Below, piece after piece: positions 11,540 through 24,610 of a DNA stretch of 55,957 nt. Source of the stretch: Octopus bimaculoides (taxonomy: Eukaryota); NCBI RefSeq assembly GCF_001194135.2, contig NC_068992.1, positions 12,909,443 through 12,965,399 of the forward strand, given 5' to 3'. A program made the position numbers and the translations under genes. The number at the start of each line of letters is the position of its first letter. The stretch's first letter is position 1. The notes under the pieces are model-generated. The model was not told the origin of the DNA. It did not search any database and saw only the letters and a list, made by a program, of their open reading frames with translations.

Positions 11540-14500
11540 AGGAATCGAAATAGAATAAAACAAAAGTGGGCGAGATGTGAACGAAAATTTATGTCAAATA
11601 TGATCTCAACGACCTCTATTGCTGAAGACATACCTGTAGCGTCAATCAAGAAAAAGCAATGGAAAAACAGAGACTTCAGCATCATCTTCAACACCTCAAT
11701 GAAGATTAAATGCTATAACCGAAGAAGCTGGTGCAGGAAAAATACAAGAATGTGTTCCAAACAAAGTGCAGATCACTATAGCTGGCTAAAGATGAGAAAA
11801 GACAAAATAGTTAAGGCAATGTCGGTTAGAAGAAAAATAAATTCTAACAAAGCATAAACAAATACCAGTAGAGCAGCATATGCTGAAGCAATGAGAAGAA
11901 ATGTTATAGGAGCTGCTTTATATTTGGCAGTGGAATGAGGTGCCAAATACTAAAGCAGCAAAGGACAATTTATGAGCCTTTTGGAATAACAAAGTTCAAA
12001 CTAAGACAATTTACGGTAATTCAAATGTAAAACAGAAAATACATGAAAATAAGAGAATATAAGATAATAGATTACTATACATGAAAAAGTGAAAGAGATG
12101 CATACAGGTAACAAACTAAAATGCCACTGGACCAGATTGTCTTTGAGTATTCTGGATTAAAACTCTCTGAAGCATGTACAACGATATAAAACCATTTTGT
12201 ATGGAACTCTATTGATAAATGGAACAGTAGCATGAATGGCAAAATGGAAGACAGTGTCAAAAAAAAAATTACATTAATGAGAGTGTAAGTCAGTAATTAT
12301 TACCTAATTACATGCATACCATAACATGCTTCAGATCAGCTAAATTGTATAGCTTCTTTATTTTTATTGTCACATCTTAGTTGTTGTTGTTTTCTTTTTT
12401 ATGAGTATCTATTTATAGAGAACCAAAAGTGATCCAGAAACATGCAAGGGGAGATGCAGATCTGCTGTTTATTAACACCATGATAATAAGTTAGGAATCG
12501 GAATAAGAAGGAAAACTTAATTGTATTGGTTGAACAGACTGCCAGAAATCGTATGAAATTGTTTCGCAACAATGTGTGAGCGTTAGCTCAAAGAGAAAAT
12601 TGTTTCGCAGAAATGTGTGGGCGTTAGCTCAAAGAGAAAATGAATAGCTTTATAGAAATAAACAGTGAAATCGTGAGATTTATAAGTAAAATTGGGGACT
12701 GAGTAATTAAGAAACGTATAACTTTACAACAATATATTCCAGTGAGACTCACACTTTGCATTACTTTTGGTTATTGTGTGAACCCAAAGAGTATAATGAA
12801 AAAAAATCCAAGATGGCCAAGGTGGAAAATATATCACGTGCTACATAATGGATGAGGGTAAACTCTGTACGAAAAATGAAAACGAAAAACAGAGCTGGAG
12901 TCTCCGATCCAAACAGTGAGAATATTTACCAAGGGTATTGGTATAAATTTCGGGGTTAAACTACAGTTTAAATTGTGAAGAGAGAACGATAGTATGATAT
13001 TAGCGTTAGATGATAGCATTAAATCGCCGCTAGTGTTACTGCACAATTATTGAGAAACGAGACATTAAAAAGTCTGCAATGATTACAAAGGAATAATCAG
13101 GAAAGTACTCCAGACAAAAGTAAAAGCTTTGGTGGGGATACTGACGGTATCGAAGTTCGAGTGAGACAATTCTGAAAATCCTGTTGAACAACCGGTACAA
13201 ATCACTTGTTTATACTGATCAAATGTATATGCTGTACATTAGGTCGCTCTCTCTCCACAAGAAATGGGCGTTGCCTGAACAGGTGTGCAACGCACAACAC
13301 ACCAGTTGTCGAAAAGATCACAAAGCAACGTCACATGAAGTGTTTTTCGCAAGAACACAACGCACCACCTGGTCAAGGAATTGAAATCACAAGCCACTGA
13401 TCGAGAATAGAACACTCTGATGACTGGGCCATGTACTCTCACGGCGAAAATATTATTAATACAATGAATACACGGGGAAGGCCAGTATTAAGATATTCTC
13501 CTGCTTTCTAAAATGGACACATATAGAGGTACTAAGAGCTGTACAAAATGTACAACGCACACTAATCTTGAAATAATATAAACAACCTTTACCTACCAAA
13601 GAAGCATGATGTAAGAGGCTCATGCTGAATGTACATAGAAGACGCTACCTGTGCTGCGATGTTTGGTTTTACATTCTATGTTATACGCTGTGAATATAAA
13701 TACTATCTGCAGCTAGAAATATTAAAAATGTCACTTTAGCATTAAGTGAATTCAAATATCGAAGGAAGAACGGCAGAAAAAATAGTTGCAAACAGAATGA
13801 ATTGCATGGACATTTCATACAACAATACAAGGATTTTGCAAGTAAAGACAGCTGATTGTAACTGACAGATGAAAATCTAAAACAAGAAACCGAATCGCTA
13901 ACTAGTGCTGATCAATCCGTTAGAAGGAATTTCATAAAAGCAAAGATTGATAAATCTCAGTTAGCAAACGCATAATCTGTGGGAAAGAAGACAAAAGTAT
14001 TAACCGTCTCCTAAGCTAGTACAGAAATGCTTAAGTGCAGACATTACTGTGTCGGTAAAAGAGTAGATTTGGATGTTAGCCATGTCGATGGATTCAAAGT
14101 GAGAGAAGAGTTCTATGCGTTTAATGAGCCTGAAGTTGTGATAATGAATAATATTTACAAGATTTATGGGGAATATTTTTTAAAAAGTTATAATACTATT
14201 ATAATAATGAGACCACTTAAAATAGTTGATGAAATAAAAGTGGTTTAAGGTCATAGACATTGCAATACCATATCATGAAAGAGTGGATAACAATGAAATT
14301 TAGAAAACTGAGAAATACTGTTAGGCTGCCAAAGAGATTAAAGGACTATTATCGGAAAGTCTAAACTATAAAGGAATAGACACACGCACTCTTCACTTGC
14401 AGAGAAGTGATATACTCTATTCTATAAGAATCCTAAGAAATATTATAGAGATATGAAGAGACTTGATTCTATCAACCCTAAATACATCTTTGCTGATTCA

Positions 14501-14598
14501 AGTAACATGTAATGGCTTTGTAATAAGTATAGTTGTTTCTGCTTTAGCTACATGGATAGTAATCTTTAGCGGAGTGTGATATTCGATACCGTTAATCC

Positions 14599-14600
<2 letters not shown>
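11540..14600 (+). mobile_element. Near full-length, heavily decayed R4/Dong-clade non-LTR retrotransposon (RT, CCHC, RLE)
   Basis: Motifs occur in correct order despite stops and frameshifts: ATGPDCL*VFWIK (~12120), IFQ*DS (~12735), MDE.KL and IQTVRIFTKGIGINFGVK (~12850-12960), LTDENLKQETES..DQ..RNFIKAKIDKSQ then a decayed C-x2-C/H/C knuckle (~13860-14050), VIDIAIPYHERVDNNEI*KTEKY (RLE, 14250-14320) and LQRSDILYSIRILRNIIEI* (~14453). The 5' boundary is uncertain. Confidence 0.88.
13195..13440 (-). mobile_element. tRNA-derived SINE (family C, CORE-like) inserted in the LINE
   Basis: The reverse complement starts gagagtacatggcccagtcatcagagtg...gtgatttcaattccttgaccagg...gttgtgttcttgcgaaaaacac (decayed A/B boxes then a CORE-like segment). 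It splits the RT part from the C-terminal part of the LINE. Confidence 0.65.
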
Positions 14601-14637
<37 letters not shown>

Positions 14638-14700
14638 AATGACGATGATGATATGGATGATGTTGATTATGATGATGATAATGACGCTGACGACGACGAC

Positions 14701-14786
<86 letters not shown>
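14599..14786. repeat. Compound (GAT)n-(AAT)n microsatellite between two LINE copies
   Basis: Directly visible. Confidence 0.97.
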
Positions 14787-15930
14787 GACAGCCATAACAA
14801 AAAGAAGGATCTAAGTATAGCTAGGATCGATTGTCGAAAGGCATTTGATAGTATCCCCACCACATGGATCCTAGAAACACGAGCTATGAACAAGATAGCA
14901 ACCACAATCATAAAATATATAAAACATTTTATGAATGATTGGCAAAGAATGCTACAACTCTAGATAAATGAGAGACTCATATAAAAGAAAGCCATCCCCA
15001 TTAGAAGCGGAACATTCCAGAGAAACACGCTCTCTTTACTCCTTTTCTGCTTGGATTTGACACTTTTATTTAACATGCTAAACAGAACTGGATGTGGATA
15101 CATCTGTTACAGCAAAACAATCAACCATTTCTTGTATATGGATTATTTAAAACTGGATGCTGCAAATGATAAACGGCTGAGAACTTTACTACAGACAGTA
15201 TATGGATTTACCAAATAAATAAACATGAAATTTGGCTAAGAAAGATGTGCCAAAGTAACCTTTAAAAGACGAAAACTAGTTAAGAATAATAGCATCACAA
15301 TAGATAGAGCAAATAATGTAAAAGCATTAGATAAAAGCCAGATTTGCAAATACTTAGGAATCAATGGACTAGATACGATACAACACACAAGTGAAACAGA
15401 AGATGAGAAAGGAATATTATAGACGAGCTAGATTAATACTGAAAACAAAGCTCAATGCGAAAAATTCGATAATAGCTATCAACACTGTAGCCGTCCCAGT
15501 TATAAGCTCCAACTACAATATTCTTAACTGAACTTTAAATGAACGTATCTAAATAGACTGGAAAACAAGGAGAATAATGAGAGGATTTAAGATGCAATAT
15601 CCAAAATTTTGACAGAAGTTTATATGTACAACGTATCGAAGGTGGTAGAGGCATAGAAAACTATTACAGTTCGAAAACTATTACAAAATAACTACCAAGG
15701 GATAACAGAAACACCTACTTCAGAAGCAAGGAAATTTCATACAAATAACCACAAAACACGAACAAAACAAAAACACTGCTTTGCACCTTTAAGGAAGTGG
15801 GCAAATACAAAAAAAAGAAGTCATAATTATGACGCAAAAGCTGTAAAACAACTGAAATCCAAACTAAAACTGGAACAACAACGTACGATGATAAAACGTT
15901 GGGAAGAAAGGACCCTACATGTCTTGTATT
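14787..15930 (+). mobile_element. Second R4/Dong-clade LINE fragment (RT domain and downstream region)
   Basis: DLSIARIDCRKAFDSIPTTWIL (14810-14875), IPIRSGTFQRNTLSLLLFCL, INHFLYMDYLKL (15120-15155), MKFG*ERCAK, KYLGIN (~15350), then KLKLEQQRTMIKRWEERTLH (~15870-15920). Many stops. Confidence 0.9.
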
Positions 15931-15999
15931 CGGATAAGCTAAACAGAAAATAAATAAACAAATCAAAATCCCAACAATTGCTGAGAAGCTTTGGGTAAA

Positions 16000-16135
16000 A
16001 GAAAATACAGGAGGACCAGTTAATTCATTTTTTATTGAACATATTCCCCTCTCAGGTTCACACACTTGTTGTAACGGTCTTTCAGTTTGTCTAAGCCCGG
16101 AAGAAGAACTCCATAGGCTGGGATACCAGCTAGCT
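16000..16135 (-). mobile_element. Mariner transposase C-terminal remnant
   Basis: The minus strand reads LVSQPMEFFFR(frameshift)LDKLKDRYNKCVNLRGEYVQ* with the stop at 16032-16034, a typical mariner C-terminus. Confidence 0.8.
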
Positions 16136-18326
16136 CTTTCCCGATACCCTTGAAGCCAGAACCTATACAGCACCCACCACGTATATATAATTTATCTTCC
16201 TCCTTGGCTTTGCATTCCCATTCCGCGTTTTATATGATTCGACCTTCAATACGTACTTGCTTTTCAAACAATTCAGCACTTTGAACACTCCTGGAGACTT
16301 TTATGTTTAATTTGCATAGCTTTGCTATAGAATTCAGAGTCAACACAGCAAGTTACGACGTTTCGTATACGAACACGTCTATGTAAACAATGCGGTCGCA
16401 GTATTTTCATAGACGAATTCGTCAACAATGCGATCGAAATTGTAAAGAAATAAAACTTAGAAGTCAAATCACAGCACTGCTAAACACAAAGTAAAGCATA
16501 ATCTTGAATTATAAACATTTAATGTGCTTGGTACTATTCTGTGGTTTCAAAACGGTATTTTATGTCCTTGTCAACAATTAATATGTACTACTAGAGAATC
16601 CCCTAGCCTCTCCATTTATGTCTTTCTACATAATTCGTAGCCCACACTACACATAACACCTCCTACACTACTTGGAATGCTATTTTTTCCAACTCTCTTT
16701 AAACCTACCATTCCACGTTACTCTTTCACATTTTCCTTTTTACAATTGTCTTTCTCCCATCTTGGTGCCAGTATCTATATTCTTCTCTATATCCTATCTA
16801 TAGTCTATCGCAGTTCTAAAATTGTTTGTCGTTTTGTTCGTTTGCAAAATTAAGTTTACAGGCTACTACGGAGAAAATACAAATTTGTGTGAATAAGGAT
16901 TGAAAACCAGCAACCAAAACTACAATGAAAGCACCAACAACAGAGAGAACAACGATAACAAAGCCATAAATTTTTATGTACCCAAGTACAAAAAATTACG
17001 ACAGCGTTTACACTACGGCAACGACTAGCTAACGCACATAACTTCGATTCTCTTTGAATTTGATCGATCTGATCACATCTATCAAGAGATTACAATCTTT
17101 ATTTCTTTAAACTACAATAAGAACATAAACTTGGACAGCACTGACACAAAACAAAGAAATAAAATGAAATATATTCTTCACAGAATATAGAATATTCAAG
17201 AGTACCCAGAATATAATATAATTGTTCTGAATCATAAATAGTATTGCTTAAATTGTGATCAATTTAGGATAATATTTCTCTAAGATAAATACATTCTGTC
17301 GCACACAAAAATGTATTCCAAACCTTCTAAGGAAGACGTTCATTTGAAATTCAGAAGAAAGAAATTCCCCCGTGCTTTCAACTCAACAACGTTCCAAAAT
17401 CATATACGATAAAACGGAGAAATTGCTGTAAAGAAATTGTCATTAAACATTAAGTATTGATAAAAGGGTACGATAGTGTCTTGGATATGATATGTGGATA
17501 TTATAACAACAAGATATAACATAGAAAACATTGCAAAAACGCAACAGTCATGATAGAAGTAATTAGGCACCATTTCAACTTTGTATTTGCGAGTGGCCTC
17601 TTATGTTATTCCCAATTTTGCTGATGCACTTTGGTCGATAATGTTTGTAGTCTGTATTATAGTTGCTGCTAGAAATAATATAACGTTTAATGCAAACATT
17701 CAAACACAGATACAGGAAAAGACACGCATGGAAAGCCACTTCTTCTTATACAAGCACACAGGCACACAAATACTCTTATACACATGTATATACACTCGAG
17801 CATATACGCGATAAATTTGAAGAAAAATACGTTGCTGCACTTTAACCATTATCTCCTCTCTTTTTCTCACTCACTTTCACTCTCTCTACATCTCCTTGTC
17901 GCTATCTCACTGTGTTCATGTTTGTAATTCTAACGGCCTTTAAGTTTGCTGAGACATTGTCTCATAGTTAAATACAAGTCAGGAGGCCGTAGTTCTGGGT
18001 TCCATCCGTATTAATGTACAGCTTTCTAATATGTTAATGAAATGATCACTAATACAACCCACGCTTTGCAAATCGAGTCCCTTGTGATATGTCATCTTCA
18101 TAGATTTGCATACACTCATTTGTCGCAATCAGTACTACAAACATAGCGAAATAATAACTGGTGAACGATGCTATAGTTCACATATTGCCCTCTAAAGTCG
18201 ATCTATAACTAAGTAAATAAGTATGTGTGCTGTTGTTTTTTTCTGGGTCTATCTATTTTCTCGAATCAGCTGGAAGTTGAACATATTCCCTCCTTTAAAG
18301 TATGTCAAGAACAACATAAATCTTAC

Positions 18327-18889
18327 CAGGAGTCTTACACATACAACTGCTTTTGCGCGCGTATATTTCAGTGTGAGTTTGTGCGTAGTCTCTAAGTTTC
18401 GGAAGTAGACTGGTTTCCTGTTGACAGAATGTACGGCTCAATCACCCATAATTCGAGCACGAGGACCTGTACATTCACACGAGCCGCAACTTCGACCAGA
18501 CTTTCTCAAAGCCATGTTTTTCTCTTGGAGCGGTAAATTTGGAACGATTCTTCAGGAACCTTTAACAACACCAATTCCCTAAGCTTTGAAAGGCGAGCGA
18601 AAACCACGGTCAGTTTCGTATCCGATTAGTCAATCCAAAATATGATCAAATAATTCCTGAGACAGGTAAAGGATGAAAGTGAAACTAAAAATGGTCCTGA
18701 TATGAATTTGCAGCTTGTTTTACTATACATGTCATGCAAAATAAATTCCTGGCATTGGCTTCCTGTTCGGAATATTTCTGTGTTGCACTAATCTTCAATC
18801 AAATCGAAAACTGGAAGAGCTAAAATATCACAGAATATTTATCATGTAACAGGAAACTGACTAAAACATCTTATTAACCATAGCAACAG
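18327..18889. promoter_or_regulatory. Putative promoter / first-exon region, possibly bidirectional
   Basis: Local CpG enrichment; ETS-like CGGAAGT at 18400-18406; TTCCTGTT/AACAGGAA three times; X-box-like TTAACCATAGCAAC at 18874-18887; plus-strand donor CAG|GTAAGT at 18889/90; minus-strand donor CTG|GTAAGA at 18327/26. Confidence 0.35.
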
Positions 18890-20789
18890 GTAAGTCAAAG
18901 CTTATAATACGTGTGCGTGTGTGTGTGTGTGTGTATGTGTGTGTATGTGTGTGTGTGTGTGTGTGTGAAACGAGTATAAAAACGCAAACACAACAATGAG
19001 AATATATAGGCAGTAGTAACATATACATAATGGAAAGATGTATAAGAGTGTCTTTATTTAAAGGAAGACTAAATATTACAGAATGCAGAATAAAACAAGG
19101 TATTATGCATCAAATATATGGATATATTTCAGCAGCTACAATATTCAAAATATTCAATCCACTGATCTTACTAGTGTTACATCTATTGAAATTTTGTATA
19201 TTCTGAAATTTTTGAAGCAACTTTAGTGAAAGTTTATGTCTAATAATATATTGAATGTTTAGTATTTACTTTACATAATATTTCACCTGGACTATTTTCT
19301 ACATTCGTGATGTTAACAATTACGGCAGGTTAACATTTGCAAGTCGATACATACAGAGAAAATAATGACACACAGAACTGTAATATAAGAGGGTATTATT
19401 TAAATGTCATCGATTTACAGATATTTACTTGAAATTTTAAGAAACGGATGCTGCACATTAAACTATTTTCACCAAAATGTCATCAGTAGTCCGTGGACAT
19501 TTTCAAACAACAATAATTTGACACACTTTCCAATTTATTGCTAATAAGATAACTACGGATGCTGCTCGTGTTTTGTATATTTTCATCCCCGTTTAAATCT
19601 CCATCAATATCTCATTTTACACTTCAATGTTTATTAAACGTTGCGGATAACATTTAGGATTTATAGAACCACAGCCATAGTAATTAACAATTTTAAGCGG
19701 CTTGCTAAGGCTTTCCTTTGACCACCTATTTAAATTACACTACCCGCAACAAAATGGAAATTTAATTTCATTACTCTAGCGACCTATTCAGGTTCATATA
19801 TTTTCTTCTATATTAACACAATACAAACCGGAGATAATAAGAGTCCAGCCTTTCCTCGATGCTCTGTCGATTTTATCACTGCACACATTTGCTATAAATG
19901 GCACTTCAAATGTGTTAAGTCAATACATGTTTCGATAAATGCATATAACTAATTCTATCATTGAACAAAATTGCCCTTTCTTATGTGCAATGAGGTTTTT
20001 CCTTCCACTATTTGCATTAGGAACAAATCTAGCTTCCTGAAAACTATATTAATATGTATTCCGATTGATACATTCAATTCATTTTACCATTAACCGAGTT
20101 ATGTGCGTATATGTATGTCATATATTTATTTAACTAAATTCTCTTGTTAATATGTTATATTAATGTTGTATTTCAAACGATACATAAACCAACATCTCCC
20201 ATGCATTTCTATACTTTAGTTACAGCTAACATACTAAGAATTTTTCCTGACAATTAACTTCACTTTATTGTGCATCTATCTGCACTAGCTTTTGATCAAA
20301 CAATAAATATATAGATAAATAGACACACGTCTATACAAAAGAGAAGCCATTTACACACTACACACACAAACACATCAAAAACAACAGAAGCTGAACGTTT
20401 TTAATAGAATATGCGTTCATATATATATATATATATACATATATANNNNNNNNNNNNNNNNNNNNNNNNNNNNNNNNNNNNNNNNNNNNNNNNNNNNNNN
20501 NNNNNNNNNNNNNNNNNNNNNNNNNNNNNNNNNNNNNNNNNNNNNNNNNNNNNNNNNNNNNNNNNNNNNNNNNTATATATATGTGTGTATATATATATGA
20601 TGCATGTATCTATATTTCAGGGTAGACTCTGTTTCAATCTCTTATATAACAGAGACATTCGATACATCTAAACGAATAACTAGACTAATTAAATAAAAAC
20701 GATGCCATACAAACAATGGCTTTGTATTATTTTGGCTAAATCGATAGAGCGACATATAACGTATTTGCAGCAATCTGGTTCATCTCTTA

Positions 20790-21010
20790 ATGTTTTGAGT
20801 TCGAATCGCACCGACGTCACATTTACTATACTTCATTCCGAACTCAGTATATTATTTTTCAGTCATAGCATGATGTTTATGTAATTCCGTTCACCTTAAG
20901 TTCAAATCTCGTGGCAGTTAACAAGACATTTCATTATTTAGGCCTTCGATAACTGAAAGTAACAGTCAATCAGCGAACCTCACTCCAAAAATATCGGGCC
21001 TTCTACCTAT
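20790..21010 (+). mobile_element. Degenerate SINE family A fragments
   Basis: tgagttcgaatcgcaccgacgtcac and aagttcaaatctcgtggcagttaacaagacatttcattatttaggccttcgataactg resemble the family A core. Confidence 0.45.
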
Positions 21011-22692
21011 CAGAGAATTATCATTGTATTTAACGAAGGCTGTTATCTAATATCAGTTGTTGAAACCAAGCAAAGCACTCATCGGTTTCTACCATATGGT
21101 TTTTACTTTAGTTACAGTGGAGCATTGCACATTATATGTTAGTCTAGCATGTGAACACAAGCATATCCAGGTGGATAACAGCTTCGCTTCGCAAGCGCCT
21201 TATGATTAAGAAGGCGCCTGTTTTCGCTCTTACTATTTGGCGTTGTCTGTATCTTTTCCAATGTATTGTTTCAACTGACGATATTTCAGTCAAAATCGGT
21301 GACTGAAATGTTATTCATCTGAGAAACTTCAATGAGTTGAAACTCCGAACCAATGAACAGGTTTATTATTTGAAGTTTCTATTTGTGAATACCTTCTCCC
21401 ACAGCACCGAGCAACACCCTCTCGAACATGGAACACCATTACAAGATAGTATTATACGATAGTATTCACAGTGAGTTTCCTTCTTCTGTCCATTATGACA
21501 CTTGTGTCACAGATAGTGTATATATTGGCTGGAAATAGTGCTTCTGACATGGATATCTGAAACAGGAAAGCCAAATAAAAGATGTTACAATTTCAACTAA
21601 TCTCCTTAAAAAGCTATTTATATTATCTGCAGATTAGAGTTTAGCATTAAAATACTTCATTTAAAGTTTGAATCATGAGTAAAAATGTTGAATCTCTTCT
21701 GATACTTTTAGATTGTCACTCTTATATTTATCAGAGTCCACATAGTTTCCTGAACTAGCAGTCTCCGGTAAAATATCTGGAAACTGGTGCACCCTTTCAA
21801 ATTTTCTTTCTGGTTTCAAACGATTTCTAACTAAGAAACAGAAATTCAGTGAAGACGCAAACACATATAAACATAATAGAAATGAGATCTACCTTCTACC
21901 TGTTCAAATTTGAGTTGCTCGTGTGAGGAGATAATATTTGTATTTCATGTGTAATATTTGTGTGAGTGGGTTTTTCTGGAGTTTGAAATTTTGTCGTGAG
22001 CTTCAAATATTTAAAAATGATATCGCCCAATTAACCTTCAACCTTTTAGCAGTTTTATCTGTTCCAGCAAAATCAAATTGAAATTAAAATGAATGTCTCA
22101 CCCATCCATTGTGGACAAGTATGATCTTTTGAGGGTAAGAACACTGTGATATCAATTATTTTACCCATAAGATTATTTACGAATTGAGTATAATAATAAA
22201 TTACGGTTATATCATTGGTTCATACTGAGGTCGACTTTTGTAGTGGATTAATAAATTATGTACCTTTTGTTTGAATTGATGTTATTTTGTCCATGATGAA
22301 TGGAAGGAACGATGACAAACTTGTATCTCTTTAGATATTAAACTCGCAGAAATCAGGAATGTAACTAAACACTATTAAAGAACCAAAACATTTATCAAAG
22401 TTTTTTATTGCAGAATTGAAAAATGGCAAATAATTCCTCGCAAGAAAGCTTTCATGAAGCAAGTCGTAAGCTCACTGCAGACGCCAACCGAATTACAGAT
22501 ATTTTGCATTTCTGTTGCCAACACCAGGGAAGCAATTCGTCTACCTAAATTTCGTAATCTCGAAATCTATATCAACGCTCCTTTCTGCTGGAAACAGCAT
22601 GAGACTTTCCCTCAGTTTGCACTTTAAGAAGTGGAAAGACATATTAAAATACTGCAGTATTTAATAAATTATGCCTTATGAAGGATATTGTA

Positions 22693-22910
22693 GTGGCAAG
22701 CCGGCAGAATCGTTAGCACGCCGAGTGAAATACTTAGCGGCATTTCGTCTGTCTTTACGTTCTGAGTTCAAATTCCGCCGAGGTCGACTTTGCCTTTCAT
22801 CCTTTCGGAGTCGATAAATTAAGTACCGGTTGCGTACTGGGATCGATCTAATAGAATGCCCTCCCCTCCCTCAAAATTTTGGGCCTTGTGCCTAAAGTAG
22901 AAAAGGATAT
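22693..22910 (+). mobile_element. SINE family A, well-preserved full copy
   Basis: ggcaagccggcagaatcgttagcacgccgagtgaaatacttagcggcatttcgtctgtctttacgttctgagttcaaattccgccgaggtcgactttgcctttcatcc...ggccttgtgcctaaagtagaaa. Several homologues occur in this window. Confidence 0.9.
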
Positions 22911-23025
22911 TTCGATCGCCCTTACGCCCTGAGTTCTAATTCCGTCGAAGCAGACTTTGTTTTCCGTCCTATCGAGATCGATAAAATAAGTACTATTTCA
23001 GCAAAGGAGTCAATGTAATTGATGT
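22911..23025 (+). mobile_element. 5'-truncated SINE family A copy directly downstream of the previous one
   Basis: cttacgccctgagttctaattccgtcgaagcagactttgttttccgtcctatcgagatcgataaaataagtac repeats the core of 22755-22830. Confidence 0.75.
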
Positions 23026-24610
23026 AAGTTCAACTTGGTAAGAGTATAAAAGCACTCTTTTGGCAAGCCATATCGAGCCAGAGTGACAGAGTAAGCTCAT
23101 TAAACCAGTATGATCTCAAATTCAAGTAAGCGGCCTCCCTCAGTGAACTGAACATAGGCTATCCAGTCCAATCCAAATGAAAGATATTAGGGATAGTCAC
23201 AGTTGAAATTTACTTTGTCATATTTCATTTCGCACAGGGTGGAATAAAATCAAGCAGAGATACTTAGTCTAGGGAATGTCTTTCCGATGGACAGAGTATT
23301 GCACTATTGATTAATTGCGAACTAACAATTTTAAATTTGGCTGAATCTTACGGTTTAAAATCAGACGCCGTTTGATTTTATTTCTTTTAATGAAACAATA
23401 AAAATCAATTATCGACAAAATAATTGAACATTAAGAGAAATTATATTCTGCAATCTCGGTGTGTTGAACATGAAGAGATAACACAAGCAAATACGTCGTG
23501 AAATGGTCACATAAAGTAGGTGCGGGAAGGCAATATGAGAACTCCCAACAACCGTATGATATTTTAAGGCTTCGAAACTGGGAATATAATAAAATAGTTT
23601 TATTCGTTTTATGTTTTTCTTCAGTCAGGAGGGCTCCACTATTATCTTTATGACACTGATTCGTTCATCTGAAAATAAATAAATATCTGTGATATTATTG
23701 TTGCTTTTGTTATCGTCGTTCATGTATATTTTAAATTATCTGGATTTATTGTCTATTTTGCTTTATTCATTTTATTATATTTTATTTATTTTTGTAGGTT
23801 AATGCTGTCGATTAGAAAAATAGCTTGCGTATGAATAATCAATTTAAAGCAACCATTCACATATTTTATTATAAATTTAATTTTAAACAAATCATATATG
23901 GAATAAAGGAGGAAACATAAATATAGTGGTAACGTAGAAAAAATAAAAAGAGGGTAAACAAAAGAAACGCTGACTATAAAATATGAAGACTGATGTAAAT
24001 GCGATAAAATTTCTAATGGAAAACACGTCTGTAAATGATATGAATACCTCCACTGAGAAATATTGTATATTTAGGGTGTCCCGATAATAAAAGCACATGA
24101 TTAACACTAAACTGTTGATGTTCTTCAGTTTTGTTGTGATCGTTATGTTTGCAATTGTTGATTGAGTTATTCCGTTTAAACCATTAGTGTATTTGCATTA
24201 AAAACAAACGAAAATACATAATTTTGGCATTGTTGATTTAATGTGAAGATATTTGGAAATTGTTTAATTTTTATAATTTTATATTTGACTTCATGATATT
24301 GAATTTCATAGATAAATACCGAATTTAGTGAGGGAACACATGAATTAAAATTAGAAAATAAAAACTTTAACTGCAAGCAGGAACAAGTATGAAGAGTAGA
24401 TTGGAGGATGAAGGGGTTAAGATTTTTTATGATTATTTTAGGCCTATTTTTTTACATGATGCATTCTTTTGTGAAAAGCAGTTTTAAAATTTATAACATG
24501 CGAGGTTCCAGCTTGAAAATTCTGAAAAACAAACCATAGATTTGAAAAATCCTTTTTTTTTTTCTAAATTATGATAATTATAATGCAATCTCAATAATTG
24601 AAAATGATTC

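Noticed and set aside
14498-14911. Poly-Y/H and poly-M/I ORFs
   Set aside because: They are readouts of the (GAT)n(AAT)n microsatellite.
15715-16173. 152-aa minus-strand ORF
   Set aside because: It is composed of an off-frame mariner remnant plus the antisense strand of the LINE fragment.
20790-20820. tRNA gene (GAGTTCGAATC)
   Set aside because: This B-box-like motif belongs to a decayed SINE head. No cloverleaf was found here or at the other SINE heads.
21205-21325. Hydrophobic peptide LFSLLLFGVVCIFSNVLFQLTIFQSK as GPCR TM1
   Set aside because: It is bounded by in-frame stops, lacks the GN motif and has no usable splice sites.
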